Shown: positions 31,860 through 45,193 of the stretch, piece by piece
Numbering within the stretch: the stretch's first letter is position 1
Layout of the letters: every line of letters starts with the position of its first letter
Assembly (NCBI GenBank): GCA_964016885.1
Contig: OZ024743.1
Coordinates: 313,162,001-313,226,000 of the forward strand
Direction of reading: 5' to 3'
DNA: 64,000 bases
DNA from: Eledone cirrhosa
Lineage: Eukaryota
Notes under the pieces: model-generated
The model's input: only the letters and a program-made list of their open reading frames with translations
Database searches by the model: none
What the model was told of the DNA's origin: nothing
Program-made: the position numbers and the translations under genes

Positions 31860-32510
31860 ATATTCCGGAGAAAATGTAGAAAAGATGAATATAAAATGAA
31901 AGTGTTTTTATAAAGGAATTTATTAGGTATTGACATATGTTTCTGTAACAGACGGAATACCTATGTATCGCTGCTTGCGTAATCATATAATGTTAGTAAG
32001 TATTCGATAGCAAATGTATAATCAGTTGTCACTTCTTCAGAGATATTGGATAAATTGGAAAAAATCAGAAAAATTAAAGTATTTATATTAGTTGTAAGAA
32101 AGGAAGAAGAGAAAGGATAGTATATGACAGATGGCAATTCAATTTGCTGGTAAACAAGTATATAGAAGGTTTTGAATGAGAATACATTGAGTATATGGCT
32201 TATTTTATCTAATAGGAATTTTGTGAGTGCCTATTTTAATCTGTATTTGACCAATTGAACAATGGACAGGGCTGGTCGTTTGGTGTAGTAGTATTAATAC
32301 AGATGTATTAATAAGATGCTAGATGGTCGGTCGTCCTCGGGTCTATGATTTTCAGCCCGATGGATTTTATCTGTTACATTCATTTATTATATTTCGAATA
32401 CCTGATGATATCACCGGATCCATACGGAACCCGGTCATTAAAATGATCATAGTATAATAAACCTTTCAAGGATTTACACAAGTCCAGCCTCCTGTTATTT
32501 TATTGTAATT
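31860..32510 (-). mobile_element. Degenerate PLE 3' end with hammerhead-like motif
   Basis: Minus strand CTGAAGA...GAAAC-ATAT-GTC at ~31930-32045; a possible DLC remnant near 32480. Confidence 0.45.
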
Positions 32511-32522
32511 ATATTATATTAT

Positions 32523-33208
32523 AGCGTTCCTTTGTCAGTGTTGAACAAACGAGCAACGATGGTTGTTGGACACTACGGCTTAATACGGGATGTTTGTTTA
32601 CAAACACACCGAGCATTATAATAAATGTTCGGTGAATCCATACGTACATATATATATGTGTGCATGTATGTATATATATATACATACTACTGTACGTCTA
32701 TATACATATATGTATGTACGTATACATACTTATATTTAAGTAACAGCCGTACTAAGAGTGGGAAATGAAATTTCGTTTCATTTTTTCCGTTTATCGTTTT
32801 CGGTGCACCCGGCCGATTAACCCACTCGATATGCAAATTGGGCTTCACAGCTGTTAATATGCATAAGGTAAGTATATACGTTCAACAATCTGGCAGGAAG
32901 GTATACGTTGCTGACGATAGCTAATAAGCTTGAAACTAGTACAGCGTTCCTTTGTCAGTGTTGAACAAACGAGCAACGATGGTTGCTGGACACTACGGCT
33001 TAATACGGGATGTTTGTTTACAAACACACCGAGCATTATAATAAATGTTCGGTGAATCCATACGTACATATATATATGTGTGCATGTATGTATATATATA
33101 TACATACTACTGTACGTCTGTATACATATATGTATGTACGTGTACATACTTATATTTAAGTAACAGCCGTACTAAGAGTGGGAAATGAAATTTTGTTTCA
33201 TTTTTTCC

Positions 33209-33210
<2 letters not shown>
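32523..33210. repeat. Family X, partial tandem duplication (period ~420 bp)
   Basis: 32523-32790 is nearly identical to 32943-33210. Confidence 0.9.
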
Positions 33211-33270
<60 letters not shown>

Positions 33271-33646
33271 TTTCAGTCATTAGACTGCAGTCATTTTTCA
33301 GAATCCTCCTGAATTATTTCGTGTCTACAGATAAATAAGTGTTTAGATAAAAAGGAAAATAAAACAACAAAAATGATTTGATATAAATGTCATATTATTT
33401 ATGCTTCAGACCTGTGTACAGACCTATCCTACAGAACAAAGTTTTCGGAGGAAGTGAACAGCCGATTAAATCATGGGTACATATTTAAACTGGACAGAAT
33501 AGGTAGAACCGTCAGAAGATCGGATAGAATACTTTGCAGTATTTGTTCCGGCTCTCTGCACTCTGAGCTCAAGTCCCATTGAGGTCAACTTTACCATTCA
33601 TTCTTTAATGGTCGATGAATAATGTCCCAGCCCAACACTGGGATCG

Positions 33647-33713
<67 letters not shown>

Positions 33714-33757
33714 TTCTCTCTCTCTCTCTCTCCCTCTCTCTCTCTCTCTCTATCTCT

Positions 33758-33824
<67 letters not shown>

Positions 33825-33835
33825 TATATCTCTCT

Positions 33836-34163
33836 CTCGGTCCGGCATGCCTTCCGCTGCACCTCCTCCAACCTAGTCTACGGACTTCGTTGCACGGAGT
33901 GCAGCGCGACTTATGTCGGACAGACGGGACGTCGCCTGGCGGACCGAGTCACGGAGCACCTCCGGGATATTCGTCTCGGGGGCAGTTCCCCCATCGCCCA
34001 CCACTTTGGTGGCCCTGGACACTCCGCACGCCATCTCACAGTCTGTGGCCTACTCCAGTGCCACGGAACACCCGCCCATCGCCTTACGGTCGAACATCGC
34101 ACTATCTTCATCTTACAGACCCACACTCCCCCCGGCCTGAACTCCCCACCCTTATTCCTTTAG
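33836..34163 (+). CDS. PLE GIY-YIG endonuclease C-terminal fragment
   Basis: FRCTSSNLVYGLRC..C...YVGQTGRRLADRVTEH...IAHHF...PPGLN; begins right after a TA/CT microsatellite. Confidence 0.85.
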
Positions 34164-35090
34164 CGTTCGACCGCCCCCCCCTCCCCCCACACTTATCCCC
34201 CACTAACACCACTAACACACCCCTCCTTTTCACCGCCCACCCCACACTAACAATACTAACACCTCCACTCCACCCCTCATCTGACCACCCTTCCCCAACT
34301 AACATACTAACATCCCTTCCCTCCCCTCTTCTCCTTCTCCCCCCTCCTTATCACACGCACACACGCACCCACTTACACCACCCACCCCACACGCAACTAA
34401 CATCACTAACACCCCCCAACCCCACGCACACGTACCCACACACTCTCGTACACCACCAACTCTACACACCCTACCACCACTAACCCCCACTCACACCTGC
34501 ATTCCACCCCTCCCACCTCCCATATACTAACACCCACTAACACCTCTTCACCAAACTACACACACACCAGTACACCACACTCCCTCCATAGAACCACACA
34601 CACCCTTCTCTCCCCGCTCCACACTCACTCATCCCACTAACACCCCTACTAATACACACACACACACACCCTCCTCACTCAAACTCTCACACCTACCCAT
34701 CCTCGCCTCCCTACCATTCCGCCGACTGCTGCTATGCCCTTCCGACCACCTCTCAGCACCAACTGACCACAGCACTCCCACTTCTAACCAAATCTCCAAA
34801 CATCCGTGGAACTTACCAACTTTTCAACCATCCTCTTACACCATCACCTATATAACTCACCCACACACACACCCCAAACATTTTTTTTTTATCCACACGC
34901 CACTCACACCCACAGCACGCTTAAACCACACACAGTGCTTCCCACCACATATTTACACCCTCAGCCTCCTGATTCCTCTCCCCCCACCCCCTATCCACAC
35001 ACGCACAGACACTCCGACCCACAAAAACACCCCCCACACACACCTTCCTGAACATGCAACCCCGTTCTTCCCCCAACCCTCACTTTCACA
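34164..35090 (+). repeat. C/A-rich low-complexity tract, probable PLE 3' UTR
   Basis: Recurrent cactaacacc-like motifs directly after the GIY-YIG stop codon. Confidence 0.55.
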
Positions 35091-35290
35091 TACATGTTTA
35101 AGATACATTTAGCCAGAATCAGTTAGTGGTTATTAATCTATTGAAAAATATTAAAAAATATTGAAAAAATTTTAAAAAACTTATTTATTATTTTATTTAT
35201 CTACTTATAACAGAAGAAAAATATTATATTATAAACAAATTTTAAACAACTAATAATCGTAAAATATCCTTTTAATATAAATACACATAC

Positions 35291-38200
35291 ACCACAATTT
35301 CGTACAAACATCCAATCCCGCAAAATCCGAAATCTGTATTTTTTGTTATTTATTAAGGTTTAAATACGGTGTTTTTGTCGTATTGAACAGAACAAATCTT
35401 GCAGTTTTGCTTTTTGTTACTCGCTGGTAAACATTCATAACCTTCCAGCTAGCTAATTCTATCGTATTCTCCAATTCCTTAAATTCCTTAATTCCATCGT
35501 ATTCCCACAAAAAAACAAAATCCTTCCCATTCTTAATTCTATCGTATCCTCCAATTCCCTAATTCTATCGTATTCTCAAACAAAAAAACAAAAAACAACA
35601 AAATCCTTTCCATTCTACTTCTTATAATTTACTTTAAATATATATATCATGCTACCTCGAAAGTCAAAAATCCCGCTCATACACCCTTCACCCACCATTT
35701 TCTTCACGAGGGGTTGCGGTCAGCCACTCTCTCTCTCTCTCTCTCCCCCTTCCCACTCTCTCTCTCTCTCTCTTAGCTACACACACACACACACATATAT
35801 ATATAAGATAAATTCCCGTTCATGTTTATTCACTTTCGCCAAACAATTGCTGCTTCAACTACCCCTACTACGGTGTAACCATGTAATCGTAACGTTCACG
35901 TTTTTCCTATCTCCTCCACACACCACAATTTCGTACAAACATCCAATCCCGCAAAATCCGAAATCTGTATTTTTTGTTATTTATTAAGGTTTAAATACGG
36001 TGTTTTTGTCGTATTGAACAGAACAAATCTTGCAGTTTTGCTTTTTGTTACTCGCTGGTAAACATTCATAACCTTCCAGCTAGCTAATTCTATCGTATTC
36101 TCCAATTCCTTAAATTCCTTAATTCCATCGTATTCCCACAAAAAAACAAAATCCTTCCCATTCTTAATTCTATCGTATCCTCCAATTCCCTAATTCTATC
36201 GTATTCTCAAACAAAAAACAAAAAACAACAAAATCCTTTCCATTCTACTTCTTATAATTTACTTTAAATATATATATCATGCTACCTCGAAAGTCAAAAA
36301 TCCCGCTCATACACCCTTCACCCACCATTTTCTTCACGAGGGGTTGCGGTCAGCCACTCTCTCTCTCTCTCTCTCCCCCTTCCCACTCTCTCTCTCTCTC
36401 TCTTAGCTACACACACACACACACATATATATATAAGATAAATTCCCGTTCATGTTTATTCACTTTCGCCAAACAATTGCTGCTTCAACTACCCCTACTA
36501 CGGTGTAACCATGTAATCGTAACGTTCACGTTTTTCCTATCTCCTCCACACACCACAATTTCGTACAAACATCCAATCCCGCAAAATCCGAAATCTGTAT
36601 TTTTTGTTATTTATTAAGGTTTAAATACGGTGTTTTTGTCGTATTGAACAGAACAAATCTTGCAGTTTTGCTTTTTGTTACTCGCTGGTAAACATTCATA
36701 ACCTTCCAGCTAGCTAATTCTATCGTATTCTCCAATTCCTTAAATTCCTTAATTCCATCGTATTCCCACAAAAAAACAAAATCCTTCCCATTCTTAATTC
36801 TATCGTATCCTCCAATTCCCTAATTCTATCGTATTCTCAAACAAAAAAACAAAAAACAACAAAATCCTTTCCATTCTACTTCTTATAATTTACTTTAAAT
36901 ATATATATCATGCTACCTCGAAAGTCAAAAATCCCGCTCATACACCCTTCACCCACCATTTTCTTCACGAGGGGTTGCGGTCAGCCACTCTCTCTCTCTC
37001 TCTCTCCCCCTTCCCACTCTCTCTCTCTCTCTCTTAGCTACACACACACACACACATATATATATAAGATAAATTCCCGTTCATGTTTATTCACTTTCGC
37101 CAAACAATTGCTGCTTCAACTACCCCTACTACGGTGTAACCATGTAATCGTAACGTTCACGTTTTTCCTATCTCCTCCACACACCACAATTTCGTAAAAA
37201 CATCCAATCCCGCAAAATCCGAAATCTGTATTTTTTGTTATTTATTAAGGTTTAAATACGGTGTTTTTGTCGTATTGAACAGAACAAATCTTGCAGTTTT
37301 GCTTTTTGTTACTCGCTGGTAAACATTCATAACCTTCCAGCTAGCTAATTCTATCGTATTCTCCAATTCCTTAAATTCCTTAATTCCATCGTATTCCCAC
37401 AAAAAAACAAAATCCTTCCCATTCTTAATTCTATCGTATCCTCCAATTCCCTAATTCTATCGTATTCTCAAACAAAAAAACAAAAAACAACAAAATCCTT
37501 TCCATTCTACTTCTTATAATTTACTTTAAATATATATATCATGCTACCTCGAAAGTCAAAAATCCCGCTCATACACCCTTCACCCACCATTTTCTTCACG
37601 AGGGGTTGCGGTCAGCCACTCTCTCTCTCTCTCTCTCCCCCTTCCCACTCTCTCTCTCTCTCTCTTAGCTACACACACACACACACATATATATATAAGA
37701 TAAATTCCCGTTCATGTTTATTCACTTTCGCCAAACAATTGCTGCTTCAACTACCCCTACTACGGTGTAACCATGTAATCGTAACGTTCACGTTTTTCCT
37801 ATCTCCTCCACACACCACAATTTCGTACAAACATCCAATCCCGCAAAATCCGAAATCTGTATTTTTTGTTATTTATTAAGGTTTAAATACGGTGTTTTTG
37901 TCGTATTGAACAGAACAAATCTTGCAGTTTTGCTTTTTGTTACTCGCTGGTAAACATTCATAACCTTCCAGCTAGCTAATTCTATCGTATTCTCCAATTC
38001 CTTAAATTCCTTAATTCCATCGTATTCCCACAAAAAAACAAAATCCTTCCCATTCTTAATTCTATCGTATCCTCCAATTCCCTAATTCTATCGTATTCTC
38101 AAACAAAAAAACAAAAAACAACAAAATCCTTTCCATTCTACTTCTTATAATTTACTTTAAATATATATATCATGCTACCTCGAAAGTCAAAAATCCCGCT

Positions 38201-38608
38201 CATACACCCTTCACCCACCATTTTCTTCACGAGGGGTTGCGGTCAGCCACTCTCTCTCTCTCTCTCTCCCCCTTCCCACTCTCTCTCTCTCTCTCTTAGC
38301 TACACACACACACACACATATATATATAAGATAAATTCCCGTTCATGTTTATTCACTTTCGCCAAACAATTGCTGCTTCAACTACCCCTACTACGGTGTA
38401 ACCATGTAATCGTAACGTTCACGTTTTTCCTATCTCCTCCACACACCACAATTTCGTACAAACATCCAATCCCGCAAAATCCGAAATCTGTATTTTTTGT
38501 TATTTATTAAGGTTTAAATACGGTGTTTTTGTCGTATTGAACAGAACAAATCTTGCAGTTTTGCTTTTTGTTACTCGCTGGTAAACATTCATAACCTTCC
38601 AGCTAGCT
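35291..38608 (+). repeat. Tandem array of ~5.3 near-identical 630-631-bp monomers
   Basis: The same ORF recurs at 35649, 36279, 36910, 37541 and 38172; one substitution seen at ~37197 plus run-length variants. Confidence 0.97.
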
Positions 38609-38895
38609 ACCCCACATCCCTCCCACCCGCCCCCACACACCACCATTCTTAATACGTGGACCAATCATAAGCCAGAGACCCCCCCCACACGCATCACCAT
38701 TATTACTATAAGCCAGAGACCCCCCCCCCACACGCATCACCATTATTATTATTACGCGGACCAATCATAAGCCAGAGGCCTATACTATCGCTTGCACGGT
38801 TGCCTTCGATATATGATGGATGGATGGATGGATGGACGGACTGCGGAATCCTGGAGAGTGGAAGGGAGAGAAAAATCTGGACGCTCAGAGCGAAA

Positions 38896-41800
38896 ATGCC
38901 AATGCTAAAGTCAAATTCACCTCGTGGACGAGAATGCGAGCACTCTTCTTTGTTTCGCCCGCGGATGGCTAACATAACCCCATCTCCCCCCGCCCCACAC
39001 CACCCCCACCCTCCAAACGCGATCCAAAACTTCAGAGTTGGTACCATAAATGTAGGCACCCTAAAGGGGCGCGCTAACGAGGTTGTAGAAATGCTTGAAC
39101 GTAAGGAGGTCGATGTTTGTTGTATTCAAGAGACCAGGTGGAGGGGTGGGTCTGCTAGATTCATTGAGGGTAAAAAACGATGTTATAAGCTTTTCTGGGT
39201 GGGAAACGACGATGGGCTGGGTGGAGTAGGAATCATGGTAGCAGAAAAGTGGGCGGATAAGATAATAGACGTAAATAGAGTGAACGACAGAATAATTAAA
39301 ATACGACTTGTCCTCAATAGAACTACGGTGACAGTAATATCTGCGTATGCACCCCAATCCGGACTGCCCGGCACTATAAAAGACAGATTCTATGAGACAC
39401 TGATGCTCACTACCTCCCAAATATCTGACAGTGACTATATAATTATTGCAGGCGACCTAAATGGTCACGTTGGGCAACATTGTGACGGCTACGACGAAAT
39501 CCATGGAGGCTATGGGTTTGGTACTAGAAATGAGGAAGGCTCCAGAATCCTGGAATTCTGTGATGCAAATAACCTAACTATCTGTAACACTAACTTCAAA
39601 AAACGTGACAATCACCTGATCACCTATAGATCCGGGGAACACACAAGCCAGGTAGATTATATCCTTACCAGAAGACGTGACAGAGTGTCTGTTGTAAACA
39701 CTAAATCCCTCCCCCATGAAGAATGCACCTCCCAACATAGACTGATAATTAGCGACCTCATAGTCAGGTCGAGACGTACTCGACAGCAGAAGAGGACTAT
39801 CCTCAGGAGAAAAATATGGAAGCTAAAGGACCCCACAGCCAAAAATAAATTTCAAAACATATTACTTGATGCTTTCGACAGTAAGGAAGAACACTTAGAG
39901 TCGGACAATATAGAGGGACAGTGGGAATTTCTGAAAGCAAACCTGCTGTTGGCCACAGACGAAGTCTGTGGCTGGAGCAGGCCTGTAGGCAGGAGGAGAG
40001 TAACATGGTGGTGGAACAGTAAGGTGGAGGAGTCAATTAAGGCCAAAAAGCAGGCTTGGAAAGTATGGCGGGATGGGGGAAGTAGAGTAGACTATCAAGT
40101 GGCCAGGAGGGAAGCTAGGAGAGAAGTGTACTTAGCAAGAAGGGAAGCTGAGGAAAGAAAGTTCAAGCATGTCCTACAACGCGATGACCAAAAACGTGAG
40201 GTGTTCAGGATTGCTAGGCAATGCGTCAAGGAAAACCGTGATATTGTCGGGGAGAAGTGTGTACTTAACGATGATGGCATACTTGCCATCACCGACACTG
40301 ATAAGAAGGCAGCTTGGAAGTGTCACTATGAAAGGCTACTAAATGAGGAGAATAAATGGGAGAAAGACAGCCTCCCCCATGTCGACCCAATAGAGGGACC
40401 AGCAGTGTTAGTCGAGGGGAGTATAATAAGTAAGGCAATCAAGGATATGAAGACAGGTAAGGCGGCTGGGCCTTCGGAAATAGTTGCTGAGATGCTGAAG
40501 GCATCTGGCACGGTGGGACACACCATGGTCACCCGCATAGTTAACCAAGTCGTACAGAATGGGGTTGTTCCGAAGGACTGGCATAGCAGCATCATCGTTA
40601 ACTGTTATAAGGGTAAAGGAGACGCCCTAGATAGGAGTAACTATAGAGGCATTAAATTTAATCGACCAGGTCATGAAGGTCACAGAAAAAGTAATAGCGC
40701 AACTAATCAGAGAGAGAATTGACCTAGATGAAATGCAGTTCGGGTTTGTGTCAGGCAAAAGTACCACAGACGCTCTTTTCATAGTACGACAACTACAGGA
40801 GAAGTACCTAGCTAAAGGTAAACCCCTCTACTTAGCTTTTGTCGACTTGGAGAAAGCCTTCGACAGAGTCCCCCGCTCCATTATCTGGTGGGCTCTTAGA
40901 AAACTAGGCGTTGACGAATGGCTTGTGAGGGCTATACAAGCCATGTATAAAGAAACAGTCAGCAAGGTTAGAATTAACAACGAATATAGTGAAGAGTTTA
41001 GCGTAAAAGTTGGCGTCCATCAGGGCTCTGTTCTCAGCCCCCTACTATTTATTATTGCCCTTCAGGCTATAACAGAGGAGTTCAAGACAGGCTGCCCATG
41101 GGAACTCCTATACGCAGACGACCTGACACTCATAGCGGAATCAATGGCCGAGCTAGAGAAGAAATTCCAAACATGGAAGCACGGCCTAGAGTCAAAAGGA
41201 CTTAAAATTAACCTGGCTAAGACCAAAGTTCTAGTTTGTAGGAAAGAAAACAAGGCGGCGGTCCCTTCTGGGAAATGGTCGTGCTCGGTGTGTAGGAAAG
41301 GCGTAGGTAGAAACTCCATTTTGTGTCCTAAATGCAAAGTATGGGTGCATAAAAGATGTAGTGGGATCACAGGTAAGCTAACTAAGAACATAGATTTTAC
41401 ATGTGGCCGGTGTTCTGGTGCAATAAGTAGCAGCAAGTGCCCACACAATACTAGCTCTTTCAATTGCGCAGAGGGTTCTATAGAAATAGTGGACAGCTTC
41501 CGTTACCTGGGCGATAAAATCAGCAGTGGGGGAGGGTGCTCTGAAAGTACTGTAGCTAGAGTCAGAACTGGTTGGAAAAAGTTCAGAGAGCTTATACCAC
41601 TATTAGCTGCTAAAGGGTTCTCCCTAAAAATGAAAGGCAGGTTGTACGATGCCTGCATACGAACAGCAATGTTGCATGGCAGTGAGACCTGGGCATTGTG
41701 TGCAGAGGATATACGCAGACTAGAGAGGAACGAAGCTTGCATGCTCCGATGGATGTGTAACAGTAATATACGTGAACGGCAAAGCATAAACGAACTAAGG

Positions 41801-42079
41801 AAAAAATTAGAGATAAGAGGGATCAGATGTTGTTTACTCGAGAGAAGGCTACGTTGGTATGGACACGTGATGCGCATGAAAGTCGATAGCTGTATAACAA
41901 AGTGCAGGGCAATAAAGATAGACGGTAGCCACGGAATAGGCAGACCTAGAAAAACCTGGGACGAGCTGATAAACTCCGACCTCACACACTTACACCTCTC
42001 CAAGACAACGTCACTGGACCGAGACCTTTGGCGGTACTCAGTAACAGAGAAGACCCGCCTTGCCAGTAGGCATCTCTAA
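38896..42079 (+). CDS. RTE ORF: APE endonuclease + reverse transcriptase with inserted PHD finger; single +1 frameshift at ~40658
   Basis: GTINVGTL, IQETRW, SAYAP, GDLNGH, VDYIL, SQHRL; YRGI; FVDLEKAFD, HQGSVLSP, YADD, FRYLG, RRLRWYGH, GRPRKTW. Start codon uncertain. Confidence 0.92.
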
Positions 42080-43227
42080 CAAAATACACCCCGTCCCACC
42101 ACCACCACCCCCACCCCATCCACACCACCCCGTCCTATGTAAAGTTATGTTGGTGCCGCGCCATCCGGGCCGAAACAAATGAGATCGTGTAGGTGTCACG
42201 ACAAAAAAACACACAGTCCACGCTGTAATGTGGCCGTGTAGGCAACACGGTAAAAACCTCCCAGACCCACACTGTAAATGTGGTTGGTGTTAGGAAGGGC
42301 ATCCAACTGTAGAAAACCTGCCAGACAGTCCTATGCGAGCAAGACAATCACTCTTGCCTCAAGTGGGACTACCCCCGTCCAAACCCATGCAAGCGTGGAA
42401 CACGGACGTTAAACGTTGATGATGATGATGATGATGATGACACATACTATTAAAATATATACTTACATATATACATAGATAATTGTTCGACTATATTTCA
42501 TTCAAATTAACGTTATATGAGTTGTTTTTTTTTATTCATCTTCGCTTTTTTCCTTCTTCTCTCTCGCATTATTTTGTCCTTCTTCTCTTCTCTTTTCTCT
42601 CTCTCCCTATCATAAACTATCCATAGTCTCCAATCACCACGGTACTCCTACAAGTCAAATAGGAGTTTAGGGCCCCGTGAGCTTACTTAATCAATCGCGG
42701 AAAGATGACAAGCAATGTCAACCTCGACATTAACAGCAAAGGGTCATTCAATAAATAGCCTAGCAATGTTTCACACCTTAGTTTGATGTTAGCGATCGAA
42801 ATTCATCTTCTAACGAAAAGAAAAAAAAAGTCATTGATTCGTTTGCTATTCATCTGTGTCAAATATGCGTTTATAATGATTAATACTAATTACTCGTGTC
42901 TGTTTTATTGATTGTGGTTGAAACACAAAATAGCTACAGACAAACACATATCAGTGACGTGTGGGACGTGAATAATTAAATCCCCCCAGGCAAAATATAC
43001 GTTAGCTTCTTTCAATTGGTAAATGTACACAGACACACACAAACACACAGAAGAACACACATACGGACAGACAAACACACGCATGCACGCACACACACAC
43101 ACATACACACACACACATACACACACACACAGATACACACGCTCACACACACGTATTCTTTATTATGGTTAACGGATGAGATTTGTCACCCTGAAGTTTC
43201 AACTGTGTGTGTGTGTGTATATATATA

Positions 43228-43415
43228 TAGGAAAAAGTATCACCCCGACGGCAGAGCTCAACCCGTTTCGACGGCTATTTCAGGACTAAAGCCGTCGAAA
43301 CGGCTTGAGCTGTGCCGTCGGGGACATACTTTTTCCTATTACCCACTCTACTACCCTAAGTATTGTGTACTCTGGTGCGTTATGGTCCATCTGGTTCCTT
43401 ACCACAATTCCTTCG

Positions 43416-43417
<2 letters not shown>
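43228..43417. mobile_element. Family P copy
   Basis: Same hairpin-plus-tail structure and endpoints as 31235-31424. Confidence 0.75.
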
Positions 43418-43500
<83 letters not shown>

Positions 43501-43501
43501 T

Positions 43502-43610
43502 AGATTAATGAGAAAAACTGAGCATAAAAATAGCTGTTAAAACAGCAAAATGACTACATTTTGCTGTTTTAACAGCTATTTTTGAATTGAGTTTTTCTCA
43601 TTCATCTATA
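43502..43610. repeat. ~105-bp imperfect palindrome next to (TA)n
   Basis: aaaaatagctgttaaaacagcaaaatg / cattttgctgttttaacagctattttt core with extended arms. Confidence 0.8.
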
Positions 43611-43655
43611 AATTCTAATATATTCTGGTACCATCTGCGTCTTTGAAACACCTTG

Positions 43656-43750
<95 letters not shown>

Positions 43751-43868
43751 AGACCGAGAAGATCATTAATCATGTGTGTACTCGATACATGGGGAGATAG
43801 ATGTAGAGTGGGTATAGATTTATGTAAAATCCCAACCGCGGTGCCAAGCGATCGGGATTTTACATATC

Positions 43869-43941
<73 letters not shown>

Positions 43942-44615
43942 CTATCTATATATATATATATATACACGTATGAATACGATGACTGGAGATTGATTTTCAT
44001 ATTTTATCCTGCGATGCACACTTTTGCTTTTTCTATTAGGCTGACGTTGTTATATTTATAAAATCCTTCTTTAGACATAAATAATATTACATCTAGCATC
44101 TTCCATTACAGATAACTGCTATTAACTAGGAAATTCTTCTAATAGATACAACTAATAGTATAGAGTCGCCAGTGATTCGGACTGGCGCCAAATATTCACA
44201 CAGTTAAAATTTATATTTACTACTATGAGTTCACAACATTTTACATCAAATATATATACACTACCGTCAACACGTACGCGCCCACTTATTATTACAAAAT
44301 CCAAACTACTATACAACCAGCCATCGAGTGACCAGCATGCATATGCTAGAATGAGAGCTTAAAGGCTATCAATAGTATTCATGTTTAAAAAGGATTTTCC
44401 ATATATTATGGGTTTCACCATTTCGTCAGTCCAATGGAAAAATAGAGAAATGTATACCATGTAATAAAATATGAATATCAATCTTCTTTCTTCATATTAT
44501 TAATTCATGCATATAGACACCATGGGTTACAAATAAAGACTCATACAATCTATGGAACGGTTTTATTTTTGTAGTGCTAAATCAGACTTACACTATTTAA
44601 TTAATTATCTAAACG

Positions 44616-44653
<38 letters not shown>

Positions 44654-44778
44654 AAAAAGAGATGAAATCGAAAATGCAACTGAAGTCTTATTTTTTTAAA
44701 AAATATATATATTTATTTGGTTCCTTTACCGGTTTCGCAGTTCTTCTGCTTTTCAAAAGGTGAGTTGAGATGGAGGGT

Positions 44779-44879
44779 CTGCCTCTCCTTTGTTCTGTCC
44801 TACGCCATCTTGTTTTTCTGTGTTTTTCTGACAACCCACAGAAAAACAAGATGGCGTAGGACAGAACAAAGGAGAGGCA
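44779..44879. repeat. 43-bp perfect inverted repeat, 14-nt spacer
   Basis: tgcctctcctttgttctgtcctacgccatcttgtttttctgtg and its reverse complement. Confidence 0.9.
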
Positions 44880-44902
44880 CAAAACAACGAGAAGAAGCCC
44901 CA

Positions 44903-44945
44903 GTCACTGAAGAGGTCACAGAATGTGTGACGAAAGAACTTTGAC
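44903..44945 (+). ncRNA. Putative minimal hammerhead ribozyme
   Basis: gtca CTGAAGA g-gtcaca...tgtgac GAAA gaac TT tgac. Confidence 0.55.
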
Positions 44946-45154
44946 AATATATGAACAACCGTCCGGTTGTGGAACCAACCAACCAACCGTAAATTTATAA
45001 ATTTTTAAATTTATAATTTAATTTATAATAAATTGAAGTGAAAGCAACTGGTGCGTGTGTTTCTTATTGGCAACATGACCCTCCCAAAGCATAACAATAT
45101 CGGTTTCAAAACACGTTTTCAGATAAAGAATCTTGCTAAACAAATTCAGAAACG

Positions 45155-45193
<39 letters not shown>

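Larger units (their letters stand above)
35291..42439 (+). mobile_element. Near-intact RTE-clade LINE with tandem-monomer 5' region and (GAT)n tail
   Basis: APE+RT ORF; 3' UTR ending ...cggacgttaaacgtt(GAT)n; candidate TSD acacatac at 35283-35290 and 42440-42447. Confidence 0.85.

Noticed and set aside
35649-38510. Repeated 112-aa ORF MLPRKSK... as a tandem gene cluster
   Set aside because: Runs through CT/CA microsatellites, has no recognisable domain, and one copy has a stop; a by-product of the 631-bp monomer.
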